Below are positions 1-8,568 of a stretch of 64,000 nucleotides of DNA, piece by piece; the first letter of the stretch is position 1; each line of letters starts with the position of its first letter. The position numbers and the translations under genes are program-made. This DNA is from Polyangiaceae bacterium (GTDB taxonomy: Bacteria > Myxococcota_A > Polyangia > Polyangiales > Polyangiaceae): contig JBILLK010000006.1 of NCBI GenBank assembly GCA_044376115.1, forward strand, positions 64,001-128,000, given 5' to 3'. Under the pieces are notes generated by a model, which saw only the letters and a program-made list of their open reading frames with translations, ran no database searches and had not been told where the DNA came from.

Positions 1-1
1 C

Positions 2-901
2 GGTCACGACATCGCTGGCTATCAGTCGGCGACCAACCCTGGCTCCTCCAAAGAGCTTTTCTTCCGTTGGACGTCGCTGGGGGCGTGGTCCCCGGTGATG
101 CGCACGCATCACGGCAATCAGCCCAATAAGGTATGGAGTTGGGAGAAGGACGCCGAGACGATCGCGCACTTCAAGCGCTACGCCGAGCTGCATATGAGCC
201 TCGTGCCTACGCTCACAGCGCTCGCGCGCGAGGCCGCTGATACCGGCATGCCGATGTGGCGTGGCCTCGCTTTGCACTACCCCGAGGATGCGGCGGTCTG
301 GCCGATCAAGGACCAGATCCTGCTGGGCCGTAGCCTCATGATCTCGCCGGTCATCGTCGAGGGCGCGACCAACAGGCCGATCTACTTCCCGGAGGGGCGC
401 TGGTTCGATTGGAATGCCGATGGCGCGGTTGACGGGCCAGTCACCCAAACCGTCGAGTCCGGTATGGAGGAGATTGCCGTGTTCGCGCGCGCCGGTGGCA
501 TTGTCCCGATGTATCCGGACGGTGTGATGACGTTGGTTCGCGGTTCGGCCGAGGTCCCTGACGCAAGCTTGGTGGGCGACGATCGCATCGTCCGCGTCTT
601 CCTCGGGGATAGCGGCAACATCGTTGAAGATGGCGGGCTCGCATACGAGCTAACCGCCCTCGCTGAACTCGGCGACTCGCTGTCGCTAGAGTTCGAGGGC
701 GAGGGCGCAGCGAGCGTTTCGCTCAGCAAGTGTGACAGTGAGTTGACGGCGCCGTGCGTGGAGACGAGCGGTCGGGAACTCGTGGCGCACGTGGTGGGAG
801 CCGGAAGATTTACTGTGCTATCGGGGCAAACGGCGTCTGCTGAGTTCGTCGTTTCCGGCGGAGACCCGGCGCGCGTTCTGACGGTCCGCTTTCGCCACTG
901 A
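2..901 (+). CDS. Glycoside hydrolase family 31 (alpha-glucosidase/xylosidase-like), C-terminal part; 5' end lies upstream of the window
   Basis: Frame is open from base 2: GHDIAGY...ELFFRWTSLGAWSPVMRTHHG, then GMPMWRGLALHYP, DQILLG, ISPV and YFPEGRWFD. These are typical GH31 catalytic and C-terminal segments. Confidence 0.85.
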   Translation, partial: GHDIAGYQSATNPGSSKELFFRWTSLGAWSPVMRTHHGNQPNKVWSWEKDAETIAHFKRYAELHMSLVPTLTALAREAADTGMPMWRGLALHYPEDAAVWPIKDQILLGRSLMISPVIVEGATNRPIYFPEGRWFDWNADGAVDGPVTQTVESGMEEIAVFARAGGIVPMYPDGVMTLVRGSAEVPDASLVGDDRIVRVFLGDSGNIVEDGGLAYELTALAELGDSLSLEFEGEGAASVSLSKCDSELTAPCVETSGRELVAHVVGAGRFTVLSGQTASAEFVVSGGDPARVLTVRFRH

Positions 902-935
902 GCGAGGGCCAAGGTCGTAATGACCTTGGCTCGCT
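901..935. terminator. Stem-loop between convergent genes, probable bidirectional terminator
   Basis: GCCAAGGTC-gtaat-GACCTTGGC (908-930), extendable by AGCGA/TCGCT. No long U tract. Confidence 0.5.
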
Positions 936-953
936 GCACTCCCTTGCGGTGCT

Positions 954-2807
954 CTACTGGGGGACCGGCGGCACGACCACGTCACTGAGCGGCTGTACGC
1001 TCGCTCCAGCTGGATAGGCGTAGCTGACGTATTGCGAGTAGGGAAACAGGAGAGCGCTTGCGTCCCCGCCCGTTGCGCCGCTGCCCCAACCCCACACGGT
1101 AATGGAGAATGGCCCGTCGCTCGTCGCCTCGTTGCGTCCGTTGTCACACCCGCCTTGTGGGGCGAAGTTCCCCGTGACCAAGTCGACGTAGGCGTATTCA
1201 TAGGTGCTGCCGTCCCCAACCGGCAGCCAACCCGAAATAGGGGCTCCTTGGCAGGCCAACGTCACATCTCGGAAGCCGTTGGGCGTGGCTTTGCGAATGA
1301 CCGTTAAGCTCGTCTCCGGATACGTCGGGTCGGTGAAGAAGACGTATTGGTTGAGGAACTGCTCGGAGGGGATGGCGTTGACCGTCTCCGGGTCCCCACG
1401 GCAATCTCCAAACTGATCCACGCTGACGTCGGCACAACCGGTCATATGCGCTGATACGTAAAAGGGGTGGTCCTGGTCCTGACTGCGCACGACGAACGGC
1501 GCAGAAGTCGAGAACTCGGCGACCTGACCCACGCCGATCGTGGTGGGTGCGCCAGGCGGCGCGGCGGGTTCGTAGCTGAGCTGAGTCCCAGCCACCGAGC
1601 CGATGATGCGCCACGGCGGCACCTCTTCGATTCCGGCAAAGCGATTGCGATGATGCACCCCGACGTACTCGGTGCCGAGCGCTCGCACCGGTGGGATCAT
1701 CTGATGCCCGGCGTCACAGGCCCCGGTTGAAACGTCGGGGATAACCATACAGCGATTGCCACCGATGAGCCCCACAGGTTTATTGCTTTGGACAGGGCTG
1801 CCAGTCAAATCCTCGGCTTCAGTGAACTGAAGCACTTGCCCCTTTGCCAATTGATACGTCGCCGGAACGCCAGCGCTCGTCCCAGTTACCCCTGGCCCGC
1901 CAAGAATGGTCCCCGTTGGAGCGATGGTTACTTCGGTGCCGTCTTCTGCTGCGATGACTTGGATATACTGGTAAAAATTCGTGTCGCCGGGGATCGTTTG
2001 GCGGTAGGGCTCAATGGCTACGTAGTTCGTATCCCAAGAGCTCGTTGGTAAGAGCAACGTTGCGCTGGTGATGGCGCTCGGCCCGCCACCATACGGAAAG
2101 ATGTCATAGGCAACCACCGGTACGCTGCTCGTGACACGGAAAGACTGCGCAATACCCGTCCCGTGGAGGGCTGCGTCCTGCGACGTCAGTGCCGGAGTGA
2201 TGCCGGCTGGGCAAGCAGGTGTGTAGAGCGCGCCCGGGTTGAACTGCGCGAGGAAGAGAACGGCCACTTCCCCCGCGGGGATCTGCCCGTTGGGGAGGGG
2301 TTGGTAGCTGATATTGGCGCCGCTTCCGCTCGGAATGCGAGCAAAGGAGCTTACGTCGAGAGGCTGGCCAGCTCGTTCCACGGTCAGCGTGGCTGGGCTC
2401 GTCCAGGTATTGGCGACGAAGGTGGCAAAGCACGCGCCGGCCGAGAACGTCACATCAGGGTTGACGGTGTAATAGTCACAACCAACCGAACTCTTGTTGG
2501 CTTTGGCTGCATCGCAGGCCGCAATGCACTCGCCAGCGGCACAACCCTGCTCTGCGGGGCAGGTGCCGACCACCTCCCCATCGCAGAGAATGGTGTGTAG
2601 ATCCGCGGCGCACGAGCGCTCCCCAGCGCATGGCCCGCTGGCTCCAGTGCCGAAGCCACCTCCTTGGCCACCGAAGCTTCCGCTAGAGCCGCCGCTCGCA
2701 CTCGTGTTGGCGCCGGTTCCGGTCGTGGGGTTGCCGGCGTCACAGCCCAAAGCCAAAAGCAACGCGAAGGCGGCGCCCACGCTCGTTTCCGGGGAATGTC
2801 TAAGCAT
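954..2807 (-). CDS. IgGFc-binding-domain lipoprotein
   Basis: Lipobox LLLALGC, Gly/Ser linker, Cys-rich segment, then SSVGCDYY, SATLLLPTSSW and QSNKPVGLIGG motifs of IgGFc_binding proteins. Start taken at ATG 2807; the ORF track extends to 2852. Confidence 0.8.
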   Translation of the reverse strand: MLRHSPETSVGAAFALLLALGCDAGNPTTGTGANTSASGGSSGSFGGQGGGFGTGASGPCAGERSCAADLHTILCDGEVVGTCPAEQGCAAGECIAACDAAKANKSSVGCDYYTVNPDVTFSAGACFATFVANTWTSPATLTVERAGQPLDVSSFARIPSGSGANISYQPLPNGQIPAGEVAVLFLAQFNPGALYTPACPAGITPALTSQDAALHGTGIAQSFRVTSSVPVVAYDIFPYGGGPSAITSATLLLPTSSWDTNYVAIEPYRQTIPGDTNFYQYIQVIAAEDGTEVTIAPTGTILGGPGVTGTSAGVPATYQLAKGQVLQFTEAEDLTGSPVQSNKPVGLIGGNRCMVIPDVSTGACDAGHQMIPPVRALGTEYVGVHHRNRFAGIEEVPPWRIIGSVAGTQLSYEPAAPPGAPTTIGVGQVAEFSTSAPFVVRSQDQDHPFYVSAHMTGCADVSVDQFGDCRGDPETVNAIPSEQFLNQYVFFTDPTYPETSLTVIRKATPNGFRDVTLACQGAPISGWLPVGDGSTYEYAYVDLVTGNFAPQGGCDNGRNEATSDGPFSITVWGWGSGATGGDASALLFPYSQYVSYAYPAGASVQPLSDVVVPPVPQ

Positions 2808-2890
2808 GGTTTGAGCCTCGCATTCGTGGCGGCCGACCACAAGCCCGCGCAAGCCGCGATTCTCCCGCCGAGAGCTGCTAAGTCTGGGGC

Positions 2891-4375
2891 GTGATACGCA
2901 TTCCCTCTGCGCCTGGTCCCAGCCCGCTGCCCGTACTCGGGGTCACGGCTCGCGCTCTCGATTGGATTCTCGACCCGATTGGCACTGCAGGGAGGCTGTT
3001 TGCGCGCTACGGCAACGTCGCCTCGATCGTACGAGGGCCGTTGCGTATCGCCAGCCCGGGCCCAACACCGGCGATCCCTTGGCTCGAGCGGACGAACGGC
3101 GCTGGAGTGGTATGCGTCAATAGCGCTGAGCTCAATCGTGAGGTGCTCAATGGTCACGATCGCTACTTCATGATCGCCCTCTCAGGCCGCTTATTCCCAA
3201 GGGAGCTCGAGCCGAAGGAGCGAGAACGGCCGGTTACGCGGCTGATGACCGGCCTGTTCCACGTAAACGGCGCCGAGCATCGCAAGCACCGACGACTGCT
3301 GATGCCGGCCTTCGCCAAGACACGCATCGATGCCTATCACGCCGATATGGTGCGCATCACCAATGACGTGCTCGAGAACTATCGCGTAGGCACGACCCGA
3401 GATGTCCATGCCGACTTGACCGAGCTCACGCTGCGCATCGCGACCACGACGCTGTTTGGCGAGGACGAGGGCGCGCGCGGGGTCGAGCTCGCGAGGATCA
3501 TGCAGACCTGGCTGCTTACGATGATGTCGCCGAAGATGTTATTGCGACTGGACGCGCCCAGGCTCCCGTACAGGCGCTTTCTCGAGCTTACGGCGCAGAT
3601 CGATCGAGAGACGTTGGCCATGGTGCGTGCTCGCAAAGAGCGCCCTGCGGGGCCGGATATGCTCTCGATGCTGCTGGCCGCTCGCGATGAAGACGGCAGC
3701 GCGCTCGATGAAGACGAGCTGGTTGGTCACGCCGGTGTCATCTTTGCCGCCGGTCATGAGACCAGCACCAACGCTCTCGCCTGGACCTTGCTCCTGCTCT
3801 CACAACATCCCGAGGTGATGCGCGAACTCGAGGACGAGCTTGCGCCTTTGGGTGGAGCTCCACCCAGCGTGGAGGAGCTGTCTCGTCTTCCGCTCTTGGA
3901 GGCGGTGGTCAAGGAGAGCCTACGGCTCTTGCCACCCGTCCCTATCCACCCCCGGCTCGTGGCGCAGGACTCCGAGCTCGGTGGGCACTTCTTGCCCGCA
4001 GGCAGCGAAGTCTTTTTATCGATCTATCACCTGCATCACGACCCCGACATCTTCCCCGACCCGAAGGTGTTTCGTCCACGCCGCTGGGAGACAGCGCGGC
4101 CTTCGGTCTATGAGTACAATCCCTTCAGCGCTGGGCCCCGCATGTGTATTGGCGCGGCGTTTGCGATGCTCGAGATCAAACTGGTCTTGGCGATGTTGCT
4201 CAGCCGCTTTCGCTATCAGCTACCTGCCAATACCCGCATCGACCCGCGGGTTGCCATCACCATGGCGCCTAGCAAAGGTTTGCAGATGACCTTGGGGCCG
4301 CGGCGGATGGCGTCCCGCTTACCGAACCGGGTGGGTGGTCGCGTTCGTCAGTTAGCGCAATGGCCGGAGTGGTGA
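2891..4375 (+). CDS. Cytochrome P450
   Basis: I-helix AGHETST, ExxR (ESLR) and heme motif FSAGPRMCIG. Confidence 0.95.
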   Translation: MIRIPSAPGPSPLPVLGVTARALDWILDPIGTAGRLFARYGNVASIVRGPLRIASPGPTPAIPWLERTNGAGVVCVNSAELNREVLNGHDRYFMIALSGRLFPRELEPKERERPVTRLMTGLFHVNGAEHRKHRRLLMPAFAKTRIDAYHADMVRITNDVLENYRVGTTRDVHADLTELTLRIATTTLFGEDEGARGVELARIMQTWLLTMMSPKMLLRLDAPRLPYRRFLELTAQIDRETLAMVRARKERPAGPDMLSMLLAARDEDGSALDEDELVGHAGVIFAAGHETSTNALAWTLLLLSQHPEVMRELEDELAPLGGAPPSVEELSRLPLLEAVVKESLRLLPPVPIHPRLVAQDSELGGHFLPAGSEVFLSIYHLHHDPDIFPDPKVFRPRRWETARPSVYEYNPFSAGPRMCIGAAFAMLEIKLVLAMLLSRFRYQLPANTRIDPRVAITMAPSKGLQMTLGPRRMASRLPNRVGGRVRQLAQWPEW

Positions 4376-4393
4376 CGTCGCAGTTCGGCTTGG

Positions 4394-5530
4394 TTGCTTA
4401 GGTGCGGGGCGAACGTTAACGTGCACAGCGTGTCACTCGAGGCAGCGCAGGCGTTGGCGGATTGGAGCTACGAGCAGGCCAAAGAGGAGGCAGAATCGAG
4501 CGTCGTGCGTTGGGAGTGGGCGAGCTTTACTCGCTATTCGCTCGAGCCCTGCTACTTCGAGATAAATCGCTATCGCCGCGGGGACCCGCTAAGCGAAGAG
4601 CCGGACCCGCCGCTAAATGGTGCGCGAGGTCACGGCTTTGATGCCGCGGGCTGTCTGCGTGTTGAGCGCCAACAAACGAACGAGCCAGGTTCCTACTACG
4701 AAACCTTCTACGCCACGCGCCCAGGAGGGACTGCGCGGCGTCACTTTGACCACCTGCCGAGCAAGCATGAGATCAACTCATCTTTCTTCGAGCAGGAGGG
4801 TGAGCAGGTCTCCCGCATCGATACCGTTTATCGGGGTGGCAAGCAGCTTAGCGAGACCTTTTCGTACGATAGCGAGGGCCGGCTCATCACAATCGAGCGA
4901 CGTGGTTCTGGGGACGTCCACGAGTTTCGTGATGTTGAGTGGGATGAACTCGGCTTGGTGCGAGTGTTTCGTCGCTGGCCAAACGGCAAGCGCGCGCTCG
5001 AGTTCGAGAAGCCGCGCCCGGGCCAAACGCTCGCTCAACGCGGCGAGCTACTGAGCGCTGGCCTTACGAAAGCGATTCGAATGGCTATCGAGCAACGCGG
5101 GCACGGCGCGCCGATATGCGCATTAGCGCTTTGGTGGCGTACGGCGGACTACCAGGTCCGCTTTCCTCCTCACGTAGCTCTGCTCTCGAGTGAAAAGCGC
5201 GAGGCCGTACTCGCGCGGAACCAAGCGGGTGCACCTGGGATTTGGAATCCCAGCGAATGGAGCGAGCTGCAGCTCGAGCTAGGCCCTGAGCTCACCCTGA
5301 TGTGTCAGCTCATCAGCAAGGACGTTTGGCTTAACGCCTTGCAGGAGGAGGCGAGCGCGCTGCTGCGCGTTACGGCCAAAGCGCTGAGCGAGCTACCCGA
5401 AGCTACGACGAGCGATGAGTTCGTCGCCTACGCCATAGCGGTTGACGGAGCCAGCTCCCCCGCGGAGCAACTAAAGACCCAACTTGCTCCTGCGCTGAGG
5501 AGCAAGTTGGAGGAACGCGGCCTGCTTTAG
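4394..5530 (+). CDS. Hypothetical protein
   Basis: 378-aa ORF filling the gap after the P450. No family recognised; start uncertain (GTG 4421 possible). Confidence 0.6.
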   Translation: MLRCGANVNVHSVSLEAAQALADWSYEQAKEEAESSVVRWEWASFTRYSLEPCYFEINRYRRGDPLSEEPDPPLNGARGHGFDAAGCLRVERQQTNEPGSYYETFYATRPGGTARRHFDHLPSKHEINSSFFEQEGEQVSRIDTVYRGGKQLSETFSYDSEGRLITIERRGSGDVHEFRDVEWDELGLVRVFRRWPNGKRALEFEKPRPGQTLAQRGELLSAGLTKAIRMAIEQRGHGAPICALALWWRTADYQVRFPPHVALLSSEKREAVLARNQAGAPGIWNPSEWSELQLELGPELTLMCQLISKDVWLNALQEEASALLRVTAKALSELPEATTSDEFVAYAIAVDGASSPAEQLKTQLAPALRSKLEERGLL

Positions 5531-6648
5531 CCGGCCGCTGCTGCGGCAACGATCGCGCAGGCAGTTCCGATCGAGAGCGCTGGTACCGCCCATAGCAGCA
5601 CCAAGAAGAGCTGCTCTTGGATCCAACGGCCAAACCACCGGCGCGCCAGGTCGAAGCGGAAGAGCGCAATGTCCACCACCAGGCCAACCCCAAGAGTGAA
5701 GTAGTTGAGCCCAAATAGGCGGGTAACGGTGTTGTCGCCCGAGGCCACCGTTTCGTAGGCCGCGTTGATCGTAAAGTTGAGCGCAATGATGGCGAAGAGG
5801 CCACCGATGAGCACGTTCGCTAGCTCAAAGGCCTCTACTTTGAAGGTGCCGTCTTCCTCTACTTGATGGAGCCAAATAGAGAGTAGCGGGATCAGCAGCG
5901 CAGAGAAGAGCGGAATGAAAACCGTGGCGAGCACGACGGCCCAATCCCTTTGAACCCATAATCCGGCTACAACCCGCGAGTGGAAGGTGCCATGCCAACC
6001 AGAGACAGGAGACCTCCTTAGATCCACGACCTGCGGCAGCCAACCTTGCACCTCGAGCCCGCGCGCAGCGTGGCTGTAGGCTACGTCGTCCTGGTGGTAG
6101 TCGAGCACCACTTTGTCGAAGGTTGCGCCGCGCACGACCACCTCGACCTCGAGTGGATGGCGGTCGAAAGGAAAGCGCTGAACGCGGAACGGTGTACGAA
6201 AGGTACCCGTCGTACGTTCGAGCAACTCGACCTCTCCGTCAGCCGTCGTTTGTAGACCGCGCTCGCGAAAAGATGGCTCGCCGACCATATTGCCGAGGGC
6301 GATTTCTGGAAACCAAATCGTAGTTAGCGCGGATTCTACCTCTGCCCCGCGGATATCGAGCGGCTCCTTGCCTCGCAGTTGTGGGTCCTCCCAACGCAGC
6401 CGCAGATCGACTGTCGCGGTGAAGGTACCAGCGTTCTCGTCGACCTCGCTCACCTCGATGTACTGCAACCCAGTGCGAATGACGACGGGGAGGCCCTTGG
6501 CGGTGGGGACTGGAAGGGAGGGGGTTCCTTGTGCGGGTGCATCCGCCGAAGAACTCGCTTGAACCCAGCGCGTTACCAGCAGCACCAGCAGCACCAGCGA
6601 CGAACACAAAAGAACGACGAGCCGCGCGGCCTGACTGCGGCGCTTCAT
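5527..6648 (-). CDS. Prokaryotic pentameric ligand-gated ion channel (Pro-loop, GLIC/ELIC-like)
   Basis: N-terminal hydrophobic segment, EVSEVDENAGTFTATVDLRLRWED, IWFPEI, Pro-loop RFPFDRHPL and four C-terminal TM helices. ATG 6648 overlaps the upstream stop (ATGA). Confidence 0.88.
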   Translation of the reverse strand: MKRRSQAARLVVLLCSSLVLLVLLVTRWVQASSSADAPAQGTPSLPVPTAKGLPVVIRTGLQYIEVSEVDENAGTFTATVDLRLRWEDPQLRGKEPLDIRGAEVESALTTIWFPEIALGNMVGEPSFRERGLQTTADGEVELLERTTGTFRTPFRVQRFPFDRHPLEVEVVVRGATFDKVVLDYHQDDVAYSHAARGLEVQGWLPQVVDLRRSPVSGWHGTFHSRVVAGLWVQRDWAVVLATVFIPLFSALLIPLLSIWLHQVEEDGTFKVEAFELANVLIGGLFAIIALNFTINAAYETVASGDNTVTRLFGLNYFTLGVGLVVDIALFRFDLARRWFGRWIQEQLFLVLLWAVPALSIGTACAIVAAAAAG

Positions 6649-7790
6649 GTCTCCTCCTGGGTGGCTGGCTCCGAGTTGCTCGCAGCCTTGGTGCGTAGCG
6701 TTTCGTGCGCTGCGGCGAGCTCCTGCAGCTCTTCGCACATCTCGTCGGCGCCCTCGATCGCCGCTTCGTGGTTTCCGGAGGCGAGCGCTTGGAGCTTCTC
6801 CCCGACCTCGCGCAGCGGGCGAAGCACCATACCGCGCAGGACCACCAGGATGGCGCCCACGCACACCACGATGCCAAACAGCGTAATGAGCGCCTGCCAA
6901 GCAACAGTTTCGGAGCTAGCGGCGCGCGAGCCCGCGAAGTCACCGGCAATGGCGATAACGCCAAGCTCCTTACCAGCATAGTTCCGTACCGGAATAACCA
7001 ATACGCCATAGGGTAGGCCGCCGGCCTCGCGTACATACTTTTGTTCGCCCCCGCCGCTCAGATCGCGATCGGTCACGAGCTGTCGCATCCGCTCCAGGTG
7101 AGTCGTGTGGACACGGATGTACTTGCCGACCCGATTTTCGTCGGTGAACACGTCTCCCGGTAAGTTGGTAGCCGTCGCGCGCAGCGGTTGCTCCTCGATA
7201 TAGAGGGCTACGTCGAAGCCGTATTGCGCTTTGAGCCCATCGAGCAGCGGGGCGAAGTCGAGACCAAACTCGAATACCCCAATCTCGCCAGCGCCATCCC
7301 GCACTGGAGCGACTCCAAAGATGCCTGCTCCCGAGCGACTGATCGATACCCCTTTAAGACTGAGGTGGTCTTTGAAACACTCAACGATCATCGGCCGAAA
7401 GCTCTGGACGTCATCGCCAAACTTCTCTGGGTCGTTAAGGCGCAAGAAGGATGTCGTGGGCGGTACGAAGAACTGCGCCTGCGCGACTCCGAATCGATTC
7501 TGTTGGCCCTCGAACATGAGCGACGTCTCATCGAGCAGCTCCTCGCGCAGGCCCGCGCGCAACTTCTCTTGGATCGAGGGCAAAGACGCGACCAACTCGG
7601 CGCGAGCGAGCGCCTTTGACTCCGTCTCCGCCATCCCGTTGACGACGATCGCGCGCATGAGCTGGAAGCGACTCTCTTCAACTGAGCCGATCAACCCGCT
7701 GGACATGCGGTTGTTGATGAGGGCCGACAGAACAAGGATCAGCACCAAGGTACTGATGAGCGCTGCGGGCGCACTGACGCGAACTTTCAT
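6645..7790 (-). CDS. Membrane sensor with double-Cache periplasmic domain and HAMP, no output domain
   Basis: TM1, periplasmic AQAQFFVPPTTSFLRLNDPEKFGDD...FRPMI...GIFGVAPV (dCache_3-like), TM2 and HAMP (VLRPLREVGEKLQALASGN...ELQELAAAHETL), then stop. Confidence 0.8.
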   Translation of the reverse strand: MKVRVSAPAALISTLVLILVLSALINNRMSSGLIGSVEESRFQLMRAIVVNGMAETESKALARAELVASLPSIQEKLRAGLREELLDETSLMFEGQQNRFGVAQAQFFVPPTTSFLRLNDPEKFGDDVQSFRPMIVECFKDHLSLKGVSISRSGAGIFGVAPVRDGAGEIGVFEFGLDFAPLLDGLKAQYGFDVALYIEEQPLRATATNLPGDVFTDENRVGKYIRVHTTHLERMRQLVTDRDLSGGGEQKYVREAGGLPYGVLVIPVRNYAGKELGVIAIAGDFAGSRAASSETVAWQALITLFGIVVCVGAILVVLRGMVLRPLREVGEKLQALASGNHEAAIEGADEMCEELQELAAAHETLRTKAASNSEPATQEET

Positions 7791-7902
7791 GGGCCGGTTC
7801 TAGCGGGCGCTGACGCGAAATGCACCACTCTGACCGTAGTTCCGCCAACAATTCGCTGTGCGGACGATGCGAACGTCGCCCCGTTGGGGCGCAGGCCACC
7901 GC

Positions 7903-8466
7903 TCAGACGGGCTTGCAGTACGGCGGATTTTGGCCGTTGCAACCGGCGCCGTTGTTTGGACAATCCGCTGGGTTGGGCGGGCAGGGGACCGAGCACTTAG
8001 GCCCCATACCGAAGACGTGGCACTCACCAACGAATCCGCCAGCGTCGCAGCAGGTGTCGACGGCCGGGTCGCATACAAGTGCAAAGTCGATGCAGCTTGG
8101 TCCACCGCCCGCGCCGCCCGTCCCGCCCGCCCCGCCTGAGTTCGAGCCGCCCGCGCCACCAATCCCGCCCGCCCCACCGGAGTTCAAGCCGCCCGCGCCG
8201 CCCGCGCCGCCAATCCCGCCCGCCCCGCCTGCGTTCGAGCCGCCCGCGCCACCAATCCCGCCCGCGCCGCCTGAGCTCGAGCCGCCCGTCCCGCCCGCGC
8301 CGCCGGAGTTTGCGCTGCCCCCACCGCCGGAGTTGGAACCGCCCGAGTTGCTGGTAGCTCCACCCGCCCCACCGGTTTGCGTCGTGCTGGTGGAGCTGCT
8401 GTCACCGCAATTCACGAGTGCGCACAGGCTCAGAACAAGGGCATTGTGACGGTACTCGTACTTCAT
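7903..8466 (-). CDS. Glycine-rich lipoprotein with Cys-rich C-terminus
   Basis: Lipobox-like ALVNCG, long (GGAGGxGG) linker and a C-terminal domain with 10 Cys. Confidence 0.7.
   Translation of the reverse strand: MKYEYRHNALVLSLCALVNCGDSSSTSTTQTGGAGGATSNSGGSNSGGGGSANSGGAGGTGGSSSGGAGGIGGAGGSNAGGAGGIGGAGGAGGLNSGGAGGIGGAGGSNSGGAGGTGGAGGGPSCIDFALVCDPAVDTCCDAGGFVGECHVFGMGPKCSVPCPPNPADCPNNGAGCNGQNPPYCKPV
8105..8375 (-). repeat. Imperfect coding tandem repeat (GGAGGxGGAGGSNS units)
   Basis: Recurring gccgcccgcgccaccaatcccgcccgc-type units on the + strand. Confidence 0.7.
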
Positions 8467-8568
8467 CTGCTACGCCGGCCTCAGCCTCACCGTACCGCAG
8501 GATGGCACTACCATTGACGGCTAATTGAAGGACCGAAGTGCCAAGGTTGCTCATGTAAGCTCCCTCGC

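Noticed and set aside
7820..8449. Pro-rich 209-aa + strand ORF
   Set aside because: It is the antisense mirror of the Gly-rich lipoprotein, which has the signal/lipobox and Cys domain.
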